The notes below the pieces were generated by a model. It saw only the letters and a program-made list of their open reading frames with translations, did not search any database and was not told where the DNA came from. A stretch of 39,497 nt of DNA from Alloascoidea hylecoeti (lineage: Eukaryota), in NCBI GenBank assembly GCA_001600815.1, contig BCKZ01000039.1, forward strand, positions 67,420 through 106,916, read 5' to 3'. The position numbers and the translations under genes were made by a program. Each line of letters opens with the position of its first letter. Position 1 is the first letter of the stretch. Shown piece after piece: positions 1-12,071 of this stretch.

Positions 1-600
1 ACCAATGGATTGACTTGTAGTATCAAGAGATGATTCTGTGACACCTGCTGTTATTCCTGTATTTTCAGTTGCAGCTGTAGATGGTTCAGTTAGAGTTGTA
101 GTCAAAGATGGAACTGCCGTATCCAGAGATGATTCTGCAACACTTGTTGTTATTCCTGTATTTTCGGTTGCGACTGTAGTTGCTGCAGTTAGAGCTGTAG
201 TTAAGGGTTGAGCTGAGGTATCTAGAGACGAATAGGTTACACCTGTTGTCGTTCCCGTATTTCCAGTTACAACTATAGATGCTTCAGTTAAAGTTGTAGT
301 TAACGCTTGACTTGTTGTATCTAAAGACGATCCAGTTACGCTTGTTACCCCTGTATTTCCGGTTGGAACTGTAGTTGCTTGAGTTAGAGCAGTAGTTAAG
401 GCTTGACTTGCAGTATCTAATAACGACTCTGTTACACCTGTTGTTATTCTTGTATTTCCAGTTGCAATTGCAGATGCCTCAGTTAAAGCAGTGGTTAAGG
501 GTTGAGCTGCTGTACCCAGAGAGGAACTAGTTACACCTGTTGTGATTCTGTTTATATCTGTAGAAGCTGTACTTGGAGTAGTTAAGGGTTGACTCGTTGT
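1..600 (-). repeat. Degenerate coding tandem repeat, about 33 aa (about 99 nt) unit, about 6 copies visible
   Basis: Recurring peptide approximating TGITTGVTESSLDTAAQPLTTALTEASTVATGN in the minus frame. Confidence 0.8.
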
Positions 601-2787
601 AGCTATATCTGTAGAAACTTGAATTATAGAACTGCTTTCTGTATTTAAACCTGATAAAATATCACTACCAACATTAGCGGTAGTAGAACCGGCATTGAAA
701 TTAGATTCTATGTTGGTGCTAACACTTGCTTCGCCTGAAATTGTCTCGGATTCACCAGAAGCAAGAGGTGTAGTACCAGTATATGTTATAGCAGAATCAG
801 CAGCAGTTGTTGACAATCCCACTGTTGTTGAAATTTCTGCTGACTTTGAGTTTGTTATTGAAGTAGATGGAACAGATAACAAATTTGAAGTTGCAGAATT
901 AGATATACCTAGAGAAGAATCAGCGGTAGCAATAGTAGAAATATCATTTGTTTCTGTTATACCTGAATTACTAGTTACAGAAGCAATTGTAGCTGAATTT
1001 TGAAAACTTGTTCCTAAGGTTATTTCTCCATTAGTATTACTTCCTAATGTTGTTCCTTCATCTGTAATTATATTACTTCCAAATGTAGAAGAAATTAATT
1101 GACTTGAAACCTTAGTATTTGAAACAATAGCCCCCAATGACGATAAACCATCACTGCTAATAGTTGTTCTTAAAGACTCAGTAGATGCCATACCACTACT
1201 AACAATAATCGAACCACTATTAATGGTAGTTGTCAATAATTGACTACTACTAACGGTATTAATTTTTGTTGAAGCACTAGCATCTGTTTCTATACTAGGT
1301 ACTGTATCGATTAAAGTAACACCTGAACTTAACAGTTGAGTATTTAATGTAGAAGATGGTACATTAAATGTACTAGATTGTGAAGAGGTCAATGCATTCC
1401 CGATAGAAGAAGTTGAAACTTCTGATTTGTGGGATACCATTGAAGATGTCTCAGACAATGTACCTGTGGTACCTGATAAGTAAGATGTGTGTATTAACGA
1501 TGAATCTGATAAGGTAGATGATGAAGTTGTAACATGTTCGCTTTTGCTAATTATAATTGATGAACTAAGAATTGGAGATGTGGAAGATTTTGAATCGGTA
1601 AGTGAAGTAAAAACAGATAAAGAAATAGATTCAGACGTTGAGGATTGAATAATTTTTTCGGATGAATATAGAGTTGCGGTTGATGATGTAGGAACTAAAC
1701 TTTCAGTAGTTATTGATAAAGAAGTCAAAGATGAAATAATTTGAGATCTAGATGATAAACTACTAGCTGTTGATAATGACTGAGATGATTCTAAATTAGT
1801 TGAACTCGACAAATCGTTTGCAGTAGCCGAAGCTGAGTTTCCACTTGAAGAAGATCCAGTTGATTTTGTAGATTCATCATTTAAAGTAGTACTTTGTTCA
1901 ATATCTGAATCATCAGTTGTTGATGTTGTTTTAGGATAAAAAGGATCAGTCAATTGAGTATTAGTTGAATCAGAAACAACATCTTTTGTACTTGATAAAG
2001 AATCTGAATAAAAAGTTGGTGTAACAATTGAAAAACTTGATGGTGCAAAAGTTGAACTAATTATTAAATCTGATTCTGAATTTGTATTGATTATTGATGA
2101 TGAAGATTGTGATAAAGAATTCGAAATTAATTTTGAATTTGAATTTGAATTTGAATTTGAAGTCAAAGTGGATGAAAAACTTGTTGTATCTGAGGCAGAA
2201 GATACATCTTCAGTAATAATTGCAAATACTGAACTTGATGTCGGGTTTATTGAAGATGATAAAGTTTCAGTTATTGAATCCACAGGGATATTTGTTGAAA
2301 TACTCGAGGAACTTAATTCTGATTGAGTTTGAGTTGAAGAAGATGCCGGTTTTGGGTAATATGGAGTTGCAGAAGAAATTTCTTCTGAAGATAATGAAGT
2401 AGATTGTTGAAAAGTTGAACTTGAGGTGGCATTCGAGTATATGATGGAAGCTTTTAATCAGTATACTGTTAGTAAAAGCACATACTTTTGCTAGGATAAG
2501 ATTCATGTTAGATACATACGATTATTCTGAATATCACGTTTCACACGGTGGAATAAATTTCTGTTTGGATTCGGATGCGAAAGTTGAGTTGTATGAGCTT
2601 TGAATGGTGGAACTTAAAGTTTAACCTAGTTAGTGGAGTGAAACCATACATATTGATATATTGATATATTACACATACTAGTACTATGAACGGAGGAACC
2701 ACGAGGCCATTTGAAAAGAGGGAAAGAGGCGGAGACGGAGAGTAACAGCAGCAAAGGGACGAGGATGGACACCAGGGGTGAACGCAT
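1..2787 (-). CDS. Secreted Ser/Thr-rich cell-wall/adhesin (mucin/flocculin-like) protein; 3 exons, C-terminus outside the window
   Basis: ATG at 2787 starts a signal peptide (MRSPLVSILVPLLLLLSVSA). Predicted introns are 2678-2613 (GTATGT..CACTAAC..AAG) and 2519-2451 (GTATGT..TACTAAC..AAG). Exon 2 has a Kex2-like VKR|D site. Exon 3 (2450 to 1) appears open and is S/T-rich. The ORF track misses it because it is spliced and has no stop in the window. Confidence 0.85.
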
Positions 2788-3147
2788 AGAGTGGAAAATC
2801 ATTAGCGATAAATAAACGAAGGACAAGAAAGACAGAATCCAAAACTAAGGATTCTGGAAAAGAATTTTTTCTAGCGATTGGTATAAAATTTAAAGGAGTG
2901 AATTTGAATTGCAGTTGTAATTGTGACTGTAAAGGAGAGAAAATAACAATATCGAATAAATAAGAGTCTGTCACACTTTGTTATACTTTATTATTTATCA
3001 TTTTATTAAATATTTGAAATACTCGTACTGACTGATTTTGAATAATATTACTCCTAAAACAAGGTTCTGACACAAAGACACAGCTATAAATTTAGAAATG
3101 CAGAGATCCAGACTCTTTCACCTCTACAGCACGTACCAAACGTAAAA

Positions 3148-4014
3148 ATGCACACCTACCACGAGGAGATCGCAAAGCACGGCTGCGTTATCATCCCAAA
3201 CTTCCTTTCAGAAGAGGAAATTCTCCTGTACCGCACGGCAGCCAACAAAATCATCGACGTTGCCAGAGAAGGAAAATGGTCCCACGTCAGAACCCGAGGA
3301 AAACAATTCCCTCCGTGGCCATCCAATTTCAGTCCCGACATTTGGGGCGTCACTGGTCTGTTGGACCCCGGTCTGGGCGAATTATCTTACCCATTTCACG
3401 AATTCTACTCTAGTGATAGGATATTATCGGTGGCTGCCGACATTTTACAAACCCCCAAGGAGTCTCTAACCATGGAATTACTCAACATGCTGATTAACCC
3501 ATTAACAGACTTTGAACTCGACTGGCATCGTGATGATATAAAACCAGATGCCACTCCAGAAGAAGAATCAAAACTGCTTAGTGTTCCATATGCAGGAACT
3601 CAGTATAACATTGCACTTTATGAAGATAACTGTCTCATAGTTGTTCCTGGGAGCCATAACCGCATCAGAACACCAGAAGAACGAGAAAAAACAACTTCTC
3701 CCAATCGCACCCAACATATCACCGACGAAATAATCGTCAAATTAAATCCTGGAGACGCCGTTTTTTATAATAGTAACATTTTACATAGAGCTCGATATAT
3801 TGCAAAAGAAACCCGCGCTACATTGCATGGGTGTTATGGTCATCCGGATCATGGGGAAATTAGAGCTCGGTTGGTCTTACAACATGGAGTTGGGGAATGG
3901 CTCCCAAGATTTCAACCAAGAACTAAGAATCTGGCAATTATTTGTGAGCATTTAAGAGATTTTGCAAATCAATTCAAAAATGTTGATTTAGGTTATTCTC
4001 AAGATAACATATAA
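3148..4014 (+). CDS. Phytanoyl-CoA dioxygenase (PhyH) family Fe(II)/2-oxoglutarate oxygenase
   Basis: 288-aa ORF with N-terminal GCVIIPNFLS, HxD motif (WHRD), VVPGSH and distal His (GDAVFYNSNILH). Confidence 0.85.
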   Translation: MHTYHEEIAKHGCVIIPNFLSEEEILLYRTAANKIIDVAREGKWSHVRTRGKQFPPWPSNFSPDIWGVTGLLDPGLGELSYPFHEFYSSDRILSVAADILQTPKESLTMELLNMLINPLTDFELDWHRDDIKPDATPEEESKLLSVPYAGTQYNIALYEDNCLIVVPGSHNRIRTPEEREKTTSPNRTQHITDEIIVKLNPGDAVFYNSNILHRARYIAKETRATLHGCYGHPDHGEIRARLVLQHGVGEWLPRFQPRTKNLAIICEHLRDFANQFKNVDLGYSQDNI

Positions 4015-4427
4015 TCATATAATTTTGTTGATTAACATTGTTCAAGGTGTTATAATTATAATAATTGATTCATCGAATAAAATTTTTTCTTATTTTTAGC
4101 TGTTTCTTATTTCGCGATCTAATTAGAGTATATTTCGTAAGTTTTCGAAAATGTATTGCTGCAAATGGTTATTCCGATACAATGGAAACCACAATAATTA
4201 ATCCATAACATCTCAAATGTTAGGAGACTAGACCCATAAATAATACCCTCGTAATATTACAATATTGTATGATTAAACATTCTCTCGAATCCTTTGGAAT
4301 CCTAACGAAACACCTTCTGAGATGAACACGTACAAGTACCCGAAATGAAGACCCACTATAATTAGAATTGTATCTCTTATTAATTTGCCACCATCCCAAA
4401 AATTAAATTCATATCTTCTCCAAAAAA

Positions 4428-5075
4428 ATGAAATGCCTATTAATTTCGATTTTCCTGCTATCTATAGCCTTACGTGTAATATGTTGCATATCAGTTGCAA
4501 TCTCTGATCAAAATCCATCTGAATATATAATCAAATCAACACATGAAATATGGTCATGTCCTCGTGGTCTTTTAGGACTTTTCTATCCAACAGATGGTGA
4601 AACATACCATGAAAAAATTGATTCAAATACTTTAGATTCATTAAAAATTATACAACAATCAAAAACAATAAAACAATTATCAAAATCATTAGAAGATGGT
4701 AAAATTAAAACTGAACTTGCTTTTAAAATTTCAAATGCTTTAAAAAATCATATATCACCACAAGATTCAAAAATTTCAAAAATTTTATCAAATTATGGTA
4801 ATTGTACAGAATATATTTATTGGGTTTTATATGATTATAAATATGGTGAAAAATCAATTTTTAAAAATAAAAATTATGATGATTTAACAGTTGATGAAAT
4901 ATTAAAAGAAGCAAATGATATAAATGATACTTTTTATGATGATGATGATGATGAATTAACAGATCTTGATGTTTTTGATATTGATTCAGATTTAGAAATT
5001 TCTGATGTTGAAACTGATGTTGATTATGATAGTGATATTGAAGTAAATATTTATGATAATGGAATACTTGTTTAA
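4428..5075 (+). CDS. Hypothetical secreted protein with acidic C-terminal tail
   Basis: 215-aa ORF with AAAATG start context, hydrophobic signal-like N-terminus and D/E-rich C-terminus. Family not recognised. Confidence 0.6.
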   Translation: MKCLLISIFLLSIALRVICCISVAISDQNPSEYIIKSTHEIWSCPRGLLGLFYPTDGETYHEKIDSNTLDSLKIIQQSKTIKQLSKSLEDGKIKTELAFKISNALKNHISPQDSKISKILSNYGNCTEYIYWVLYDYKYGEKSIFKNKNYDDLTVDEILKEANDINDTFYDDDDDELTDLDVFDIDSDLEISDVETDVDYDSDIEVNIYDNGILV

Positions 5076-5337
5076 ATCTTCACAACTACTTATTTTTGAT
5101 ACCGTTGATCGATATCATTAATACCATACTTATATTGTTAATAATTTTACCTTTGATATTGATACAGGAATTCATTTAAGTTAAGAATTGGTTTTAAATG
5201 CTTTTGTTTATATTTTATAAGATCTTATCCCTATATATTTGTTTATATAACCTTTAAATTTCTAATTAATAATATTCATATTAGGAAAATACCCTGTGAC
5301 AAAACTTTTAATTATTTTTTATCTAATATCTAACATT

Positions 5338-5361
5338 ATTCTATTCTATTCTATTCTATTC
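5338..5361. repeat. (CTATT)n microsatellite
   Basis: attctattctattctattctattc. Confidence 0.8.
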
Positions 5362-5829
5362 TTTTATTTTTGTGTAGCCTATAAATTTTTTTTTCTTGTT
5401 TATAATTATGTGATGGCCACTTTTCCCAGTTCCGATTTCACATTGGTTAGTAAGTTAAGTTAGTAGCAATTATACCCGACGTATATCCACATGATTGGTT
5501 CATGGTATTCGTTGTCTTTACGTGCTTTGTGATTATCCTATAAGCCTTTTAAACCATGGCCGTTTACGCATTCGATTGCACTGACCAATTCGCCTCTTGA
5601 GAACTTTATTTGTGATGATTACAACTCATCTAATATCTACACGAGCTGCACTCATTTGGAAGATTAAAATCCAAAATGATCCTGCACTGTGGGTGGTTTC
5701 ATATATATCGCTTCGTTTAATGCGCCATTTAAGAAGGCTGTTTTTACATCTATCTGTTCTAATTGGTTATCTTAAAGAGTCAAAGTTTCTTACTTTTACT
5801 TCTATATAATAATATTTTGCAAATAATAT

Positions 5830-6480
5830 GTCTACATTTTCTCCTGGAAACAGAAAGCAGCATATTACTCCGGGAATTCCTAGAGGATAGCGCTTATAAA
5901 ATGAGCAGCATAATAAAAAATATATTGGAAATACAGAAAATGAAGCAATACAACCTGAATATCATTGGACAAATATTGGCTAATGACTCAATTGAAAACA
6001 TCATTCCCAGCTTTAATATTGATTCAACAAAAAAAAACGCATTTAAAAATAGATATGGACTTATATCAACGCATGGGAAAGATTATTAAAACTCTATGTA
6101 AGATTGATATGAAACTATCGTAATACAGTGAAAATACTAAAAAAGAAAAATACTAGAAACAATAGATATCAAAAATCTGATAATAGATAAAGATGGAAAA
6201 AATATATAAAAGAAAGGCCTCTTCATCTCAAATGTACTGGAAGTTAAAAGAAACATCATATTTGGAGAATCACCACCGGAATTATGGTGATAAGATAAAG
6301 AGATACAATGAATATGAAAAAACAAAAAGAAAAAACAAAAAGAGATAAAGAAGAAGCGGAGGATTTTTTCACTCTTGGAGCGATTTCCTCAATTTAATAG
6401 TTTTTAGTTTAGAAGATTTAAATTATAAAGATATTTTAATTGGAAATTATATGTAAAGTTAAAAAAAATTAAAAAAAGGG
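5830..6480 (+). mobile_element. Degenerate repeat relic, probably the 3' end of a non-LTR (LINE-like) retrotransposon with A-rich tail
   Basis: Stop-riddled coding-like sequence. The peptide GLFISNVLEVKRNIIFGESPPELW (6216-6287) and the 3' end taattggaaattatatgtaaagttaaaaaaaa match the minus-strand copy at 18966-19290. The 5' boundary is approximate. Confidence 0.5.
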
Positions 6481-6953
6481 AGAAACAAAAAGGATCATGA
6501 AACTCATATTTATAGCAATTTATCCCATCACTAATTCTCAAGTTTAGTTATATATATTATCGTAAGATTGATAATATCTTTATTTACAAATATGATTGTA
6601 TGTAGTGGGACTCAAATAGTATTGACGATAGCCATCGATATCGATCGAAAATGGAAAAAAAGGTGGTATAGCTAGATCTAGAAGAACATGCTAAATATGA
6701 ATGATAATGAAGAAAAAGATATAGATTTTTAAATAAGAAGTAAAAGTTTTTTATTATAAGTGATTTCCTCCTGATCAAATAAATAATTTCTAGTTAGTAA
6801 TTTTATTTTCATCTTTTTTTTTTCGGAAATTCCATGAAAGGTTAAAGAAAAGAAAAAGAATATGATTATTTGAACACCGACTATCAGAAACTTCTTTCTA
6901 TTCAAACTATTTAAAAAATCATATCTTCTTGTGTCGTGACAGCATCATAAGTT

Positions 6954-7040
6954 TCCCGCATAGCTCAGTTGGTAGAGCGTTCGGCTTTTAAGACCTAGAA
7001 GTCGACCGAAATGTCCAGGGTTCGAGCCCCTGTGTGGGAG
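6954..7040 (+). tRNA. tRNA-Lys(UUU) with 14-nt intron (6991-7004)
   Basis: Acceptor stem TCCCGCA/TGTGGGA, D arm GCTCAGTTGGTAGAGC, anticodon loop CT-TTT-A, T loop GTTCGAGC, downstream T-run terminator. Confidence 0.95.
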
Positions 7041-9173
7041 ATTGATTTTTTTAATTTTTTTATTGTGACCACTCAAAAAACTGGCTATTTGGTATCTATG
7101 ATTCATATCCGTTGTATATTAAATAATTGTTTAAAACGTTAGAAGCTTAAGGATAGGTTAATGTTCCCTTGCACATTTTTTTTAGAGCGTTTAAGATTTT
7201 AGTATGGCATACTACATTTATATTGGATTGTGTAACTAAGGTATGCTGAGTTGAAAGACCAATCAGAATGTGGATGTGACAATATTAAAATTGTAATTGT
7301 GATCAGGTTTAAATTTAGCCAGTAGAATAGAAAAGAAATAATATTTTCAGGTCATCACAATAATAGATCTTTAGAACTAAGGATAAGCTTAACATTCCTG
7401 ATCGCGACTCTCTCTAAAGATCTAGCGTCAGTCAGTTTGTGACTTTGTAGGAATAAGGCACCTGCGTTACACGTCTATTATCATGTTACACAATTGCAAT
7501 GGGGATGGTTATTCATACTATGCTTATAATTAGTAGTAGCTTATCTACATGATATAAAATAATTTCAACATTTATATCAAAAGTTGAAACTAATAATATT
7601 GATATGTTTTTCACAAACTGTAACTAAATCAATATTAATTATGCAACAACTTCTTAAATTAAATATCATTTCAATTTTACTTGCATACCGTATATGTTTG
7701 GTATAATTTATACGGCGTTATGCATAGTAAATTAAAAAGAAATTTAGAAATTTAAAGATTATCAATATCAATAAACTTTGTCACAATAATAATATTATGT
7801 ACAGTCATTTTAGAACTACAGTTGAAAAGTTTTCATTTGTGTGTATAGCCACTAGTAATGGACATATGGACATTTCATAAATTTCAAAGTTGCAACTGCT
7901 ACTGCAGAACTTTCAGGCTTAATTTCATGAATTTCAATATTGAGCGGGTAGTAATCAGTTTCTTTGATATTAATACGTATATTAATACGTATATACGTAA
8001 TAATTCGAGTTCAACATTTCATACACAATCATATACTTTATAGAATGAAGCTTCAGCTGAAATGCATAATTATAACATCATTTCATAATTTCTTATTTGG
8101 TAAAGAACATACTTTCATCTTTAGATGTCCTTCTAGATACAGTTCCTGGCTAGAGATCAGAATTCTTTATTTCAATGCCACTCACATGTATGGGATCATG
8201 AATAACAAATACTTCAATCGATTTATTCTCATCTTGAGTAATAATTCTTTTGATTGGTTTCTCTCATTCTAAAACCTGCCTGATCATCAGGCCCGCTAAT
8301 AATTTTTAATAGTGCATTAATATTAACGGTTCCAATTTGGTGTGTATAGAAAGAAACTAAAACTATAAATATTATGAGTGAAGATAACAATGGGGCTATC
8401 GTTACTATTCCCCAATAAGAAACACTCTGGATGTATTTATTTTAAAATAATGTCTGACAAACTATCACGATTTCATGCCCCGAATCAAAAACTTTTTTTG
8501 AATGAATATTAAATACCAAATTTTAGCCACTATTATCATCTTATGATACCACTTGATCAATATTTAAAATACATATCTTCCAAGAAATCATATACAACAG
8601 TGAGTATGTTGTGGCTAGACTCGATACCAGCCGTTCTCACCGTTCCTATCAGGTCGGCACATAATATATCACCAGGCTTCTTAAAATGAGCTTGAGTTTT
8701 TATGAAGAGGCTCTCTCAGTTGTTTTCTTAATAAAAATATATCATAATTAACCATTTTGTCAACTTGTCTCTCCTCAACGCATAAATATTTATTTTAAAA
8801 ATTATTGTTAATATTTTCATCAAATATTGATATCGGTCATAACTCAGCTCTTTAAGTAGATAATTTGTAATTTTTTTGTCTCCAACAAATTTGGAGATGG
8901 GTTAATCTAGGGGCAATACACCTTTCAGCTGGGGACAACCCATTTCATATATGATTATTAGTAAGCAACTAATAATTATATTTATAAATGGGAAGCTGAT
9001 TATCCCATAGAATTTGTATTAATAAAAAGAACTCATAATAATCTGATGATATAACCTTATTGTATTTAAAATCTATGGGTTTACCTATTTTTCCTGGAAT
9101 ATTACTTTTAAATTCAATATAGAACATCAGATTTCTACTTTTATCAACCTTAAGTAATTCAAATAAATATAAG

Positions 9174-9824
9174 ATGACATTTTCAAAAAGTTATTTCGTA
9201 TCGGGTGGAAACAGAGGAATTGGGTTATCTTTCCTTAAACAATTATCTTCAAATTCTAATAATTTATTTATTGCTTCTGTAAGAAATCCAGATCAAGTTT
9301 CTAAGTTCGCTGATAAAATTGATGTTCTGATGTCAAATGCTGGCATAATAAATGAAATAACTAAAATATTAGAAACTCCAGCTTCTGTTTTTAGCAAATT
9401 ATTTACAGTTAATTCAATTGGCCCAGTATTACTTGTTAGAGCCCTTAATCCTCTTCTATCGAAAACAGTATCCCCTAAAACTATTTTCATGTCTAGTATT
9501 GGTGGATCTATTGGTGGAGCACAAGATGATACCTATGCGGCATATGGAGCATCTAAAGCAGCATTGAATTATTTTATGAAAATGTTATCTTTAGGATCAA
9601 AGACTCATACTTTTGTTGCAATCCATCCTGGCCTAGTTGAGACTGATATGGTAAAAATTATGATCCAGGAAGATCCCAATGGTTTTGTATCTAAACTGGA
9701 ACAATTAACTCCCGATAAATCAGTTTCTTTAATATTGAAGGTTATTAATGGCCTTAGTATTAAAGATATTTGGATTACGAGGGAAAACCTTTACCTTTCT
9801 AATTTTGATAAGTATTTAACGTAG
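9174..9824 (+). pseudogene. Deleted and frameshifted duplicate of the adjacent SDR oxidoreductase
   Basis: Highly similar to 11334-12071, but lacks 99 bp of the Rossmann fold (junction at CCAGAT near 9288) and has a 10-bp deletion near 9768 that frameshifts the C-terminus. Confidence 0.85.
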
Positions 9825-11333
9825 TATAGCATAAATTTTATAGTACCTTCAATACGGTTATTCATGAGATATTTTTATCTACACTAAGATTATCAATTAG
9901 TTTCAAGTTTACTCAATTATAATTCTCAATATGCATTAAAGTGTATAATGGATAAATTTCAAATATAAAAATAGAAAGAACCTTGATGTATAGTTTTTTG
10001 CAATTGACAATATATTTTATCTGGCCTAGTATTAGTAAAGTCATAAAAAAGAAGTAAAAGATTTAAAATATTGTGGGGAAATTTTATTATAAAATAACTT
10101 GTATCTCTGAAATTTACATCTCTATGAGACTACGATTCTCCAACGCCAAGTGTAAAATGTAGAAGCGTCCATTTAGATTTACATCATCTATCACCATTTT
10201 CTCTAATGGAATCATCCATCATTCTAATTTTCTTTAAAGAATGTCTCTAGACAGTCAAAAAAAAAGTTAACGGGCGCACCAAAAGTTTTTACATTAACCA
10301 TGAATTGCGAAGTCAGCAATAAATGTAAATTATTAAAAAAAGTACTACGAAAGGCTTCTTATTCTCATAATTCCGCGGTATACGTATGTTCTTTATGTTT
10401 TGTTCTTGTAAATCTGCTTGTTGTGTGAGCGGGTAAAATGCAAAGACTTATACCGTTGCTAATACATTCCTTCACAAATTGAAAACTTGAATGACTGCCC
10501 ATCTAATAAGATAATACGTCCTTGTTCATATTTATAGAAGGAAAGAAAATTCCCTCAACCATCTACATTATCAGTGGAGACATCTTCCACCGGCCTCAAT
10601 ATATATATACATATATATATAAGAGAAGGTAAGGGCTGAGGATATAATCCCTTAAAAAGTTCGATCGGGCTTTGCGATAACTAGAATCAACCATATGATT
10701 TTAAGTTCGGAAAGATTTAACTAGGCGAAAAAGAAGTAGACGAAACCAAAAAAAATCAAGGAGAAATTCATTTTAAATGAGGATTCATCTGAACGATACA
10801 AATATGCTTACGAAGCATGGTTAGAAATTTGAAAACATATAAGATATCTATCTGATGATGATTTCCGCATTCTAAAAACTGTTCAAAGTGGAATTCAGAC
10901 TTCTAACAGGAGAAAAGCATTAACTACGCACAAATCCTAGAGGATATAAACCAGTTTTTTTGATTCCTATAAATATGTACAATTATTATTTGTAATGTCA
11001 TGCATGATACAACAAATTTGGAATATTTTGATTAGTAATCAATTGAACAAAAACTGTGAGCTAACTATGATGAGCATCTCAGCTAAATATAAGTCAAAAT
11101 TATTAAATCTTTTATAGTATGTTAAATATGTTTATTATATGAACTTTATCCGTTAATCCCGAGGATATAGCGGTTTTAAGATTGAAGAATAACTTTTAAT
11201 AAAGAGGATCATACAAGATAATCGGAAAATATAATTACCAATATTCTATTTAAGGCTCATTGGTTTGCCTATTTTCCTAAAATATTAGTTTCAAATTTAA
11301 TATTAATTCTTAAGTCCTTCAAATAAGAATAAA

Positions 11334-12071
11334 ATGACATTTTCAAAGATTTATTTCATTTCAGGAGGAAATAGAGGAATTGGATTATCTTTCGTTAAAC
11401 AATTATCTTCAAATTCTAATAATTTAGTTATTGCTTCTGCGAGAAATCCAGATAAAGCTATAGAGTTACAACAATGGTCAAAGGAACATCCTAATACTAG
11501 AATCGTCAGACTTGATGTTTCAAATGAGGATAGTATTGCTAGTTTGCCAGATCAAGTTTCTAAGTTCACTGATAAAATTGATGTTCTGATTTCAAATGCT
11601 GGCATAATAAATGAAATAACTAAAATATTAGAAACTCCAGCTTCTGTTTTTAGCAAATTATTTACAGTTAATTCAATTGGTCCTGTATTACTTGTTAGAG
11701 CACTTAATCCTTTCCTATCGAATACAAAATCCCCTAAAACTATTTTCATTTCCAGTATTGGTGGATCTATTGGTGGAGCAGACAATGATGGATTTTCAGC
11801 ATACGGAGCATCTAAGGCAGCATTGAATTATTTTATGAGAATGTTATCTTTAGGATCAAAGACTCATACTTTTGTTGCCTTTCATCCTGGTCTAGTAGAC
11901 ACAGACATGGCAAAAACTGCATTCCAGCAAGATACCGATGGTATATTATCTGGAATAAAAAAGTTAACTCCTGATGAATCGGTTTCTCTAATGTTGAAGA
12001 TTATTAATGGCCTTGGTATTAAAGATTCAGGATCTTATTTGGATTACGAAGGAAAACCTTTACCTTTTTAA
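11334..12071 (+). CDS. Classical short-chain dehydrogenase/reductase (C-factor/sniffer-like carbonyl reductase type)
   Basis: SGGNRGIG cofactor motif, NAG, YGASK catalytic motif, HPGLVDTDM, C-terminal YLDYEGKPLPF. Confidence 0.92.
   Translation: MTFSKIYFISGGNRGIGLSFVKQLSSNSNNLVIASARNPDKAIELQQWSKEHPNTRIVRLDVSNEDSIASLPDQVSKFTDKIDVLISNAGIINEITKILETPASVFSKLFTVNSIGPVLLVRALNPFLSNTKSPKTIFISSIGGSIGGADNDGFSAYGASKAALNYFMRMLSLGSKTHTFVAFHPGLVDTDMAKTAFQQDTDGILSGIKKLTPDESVSLMLKIINGLGIKDSGSYLDYEGKPLPF

Noticed and set aside
695..2506. Short ORFs at 695, 2087, 2220 and 2267
   Set aside because: Antisense or off-frame shadows of the S/T-rich minus-strand gene.
5597..6778. Several 60-108 aa ORFs
   Set aside because: No motifs; chance frames within decayed repeat sequence.
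7858..8272. Small ORFs and coding-like minus-strand text
   Set aside because: Many stops and no recognisable homology. Possibly an old pseudogene, but this cannot be supported.
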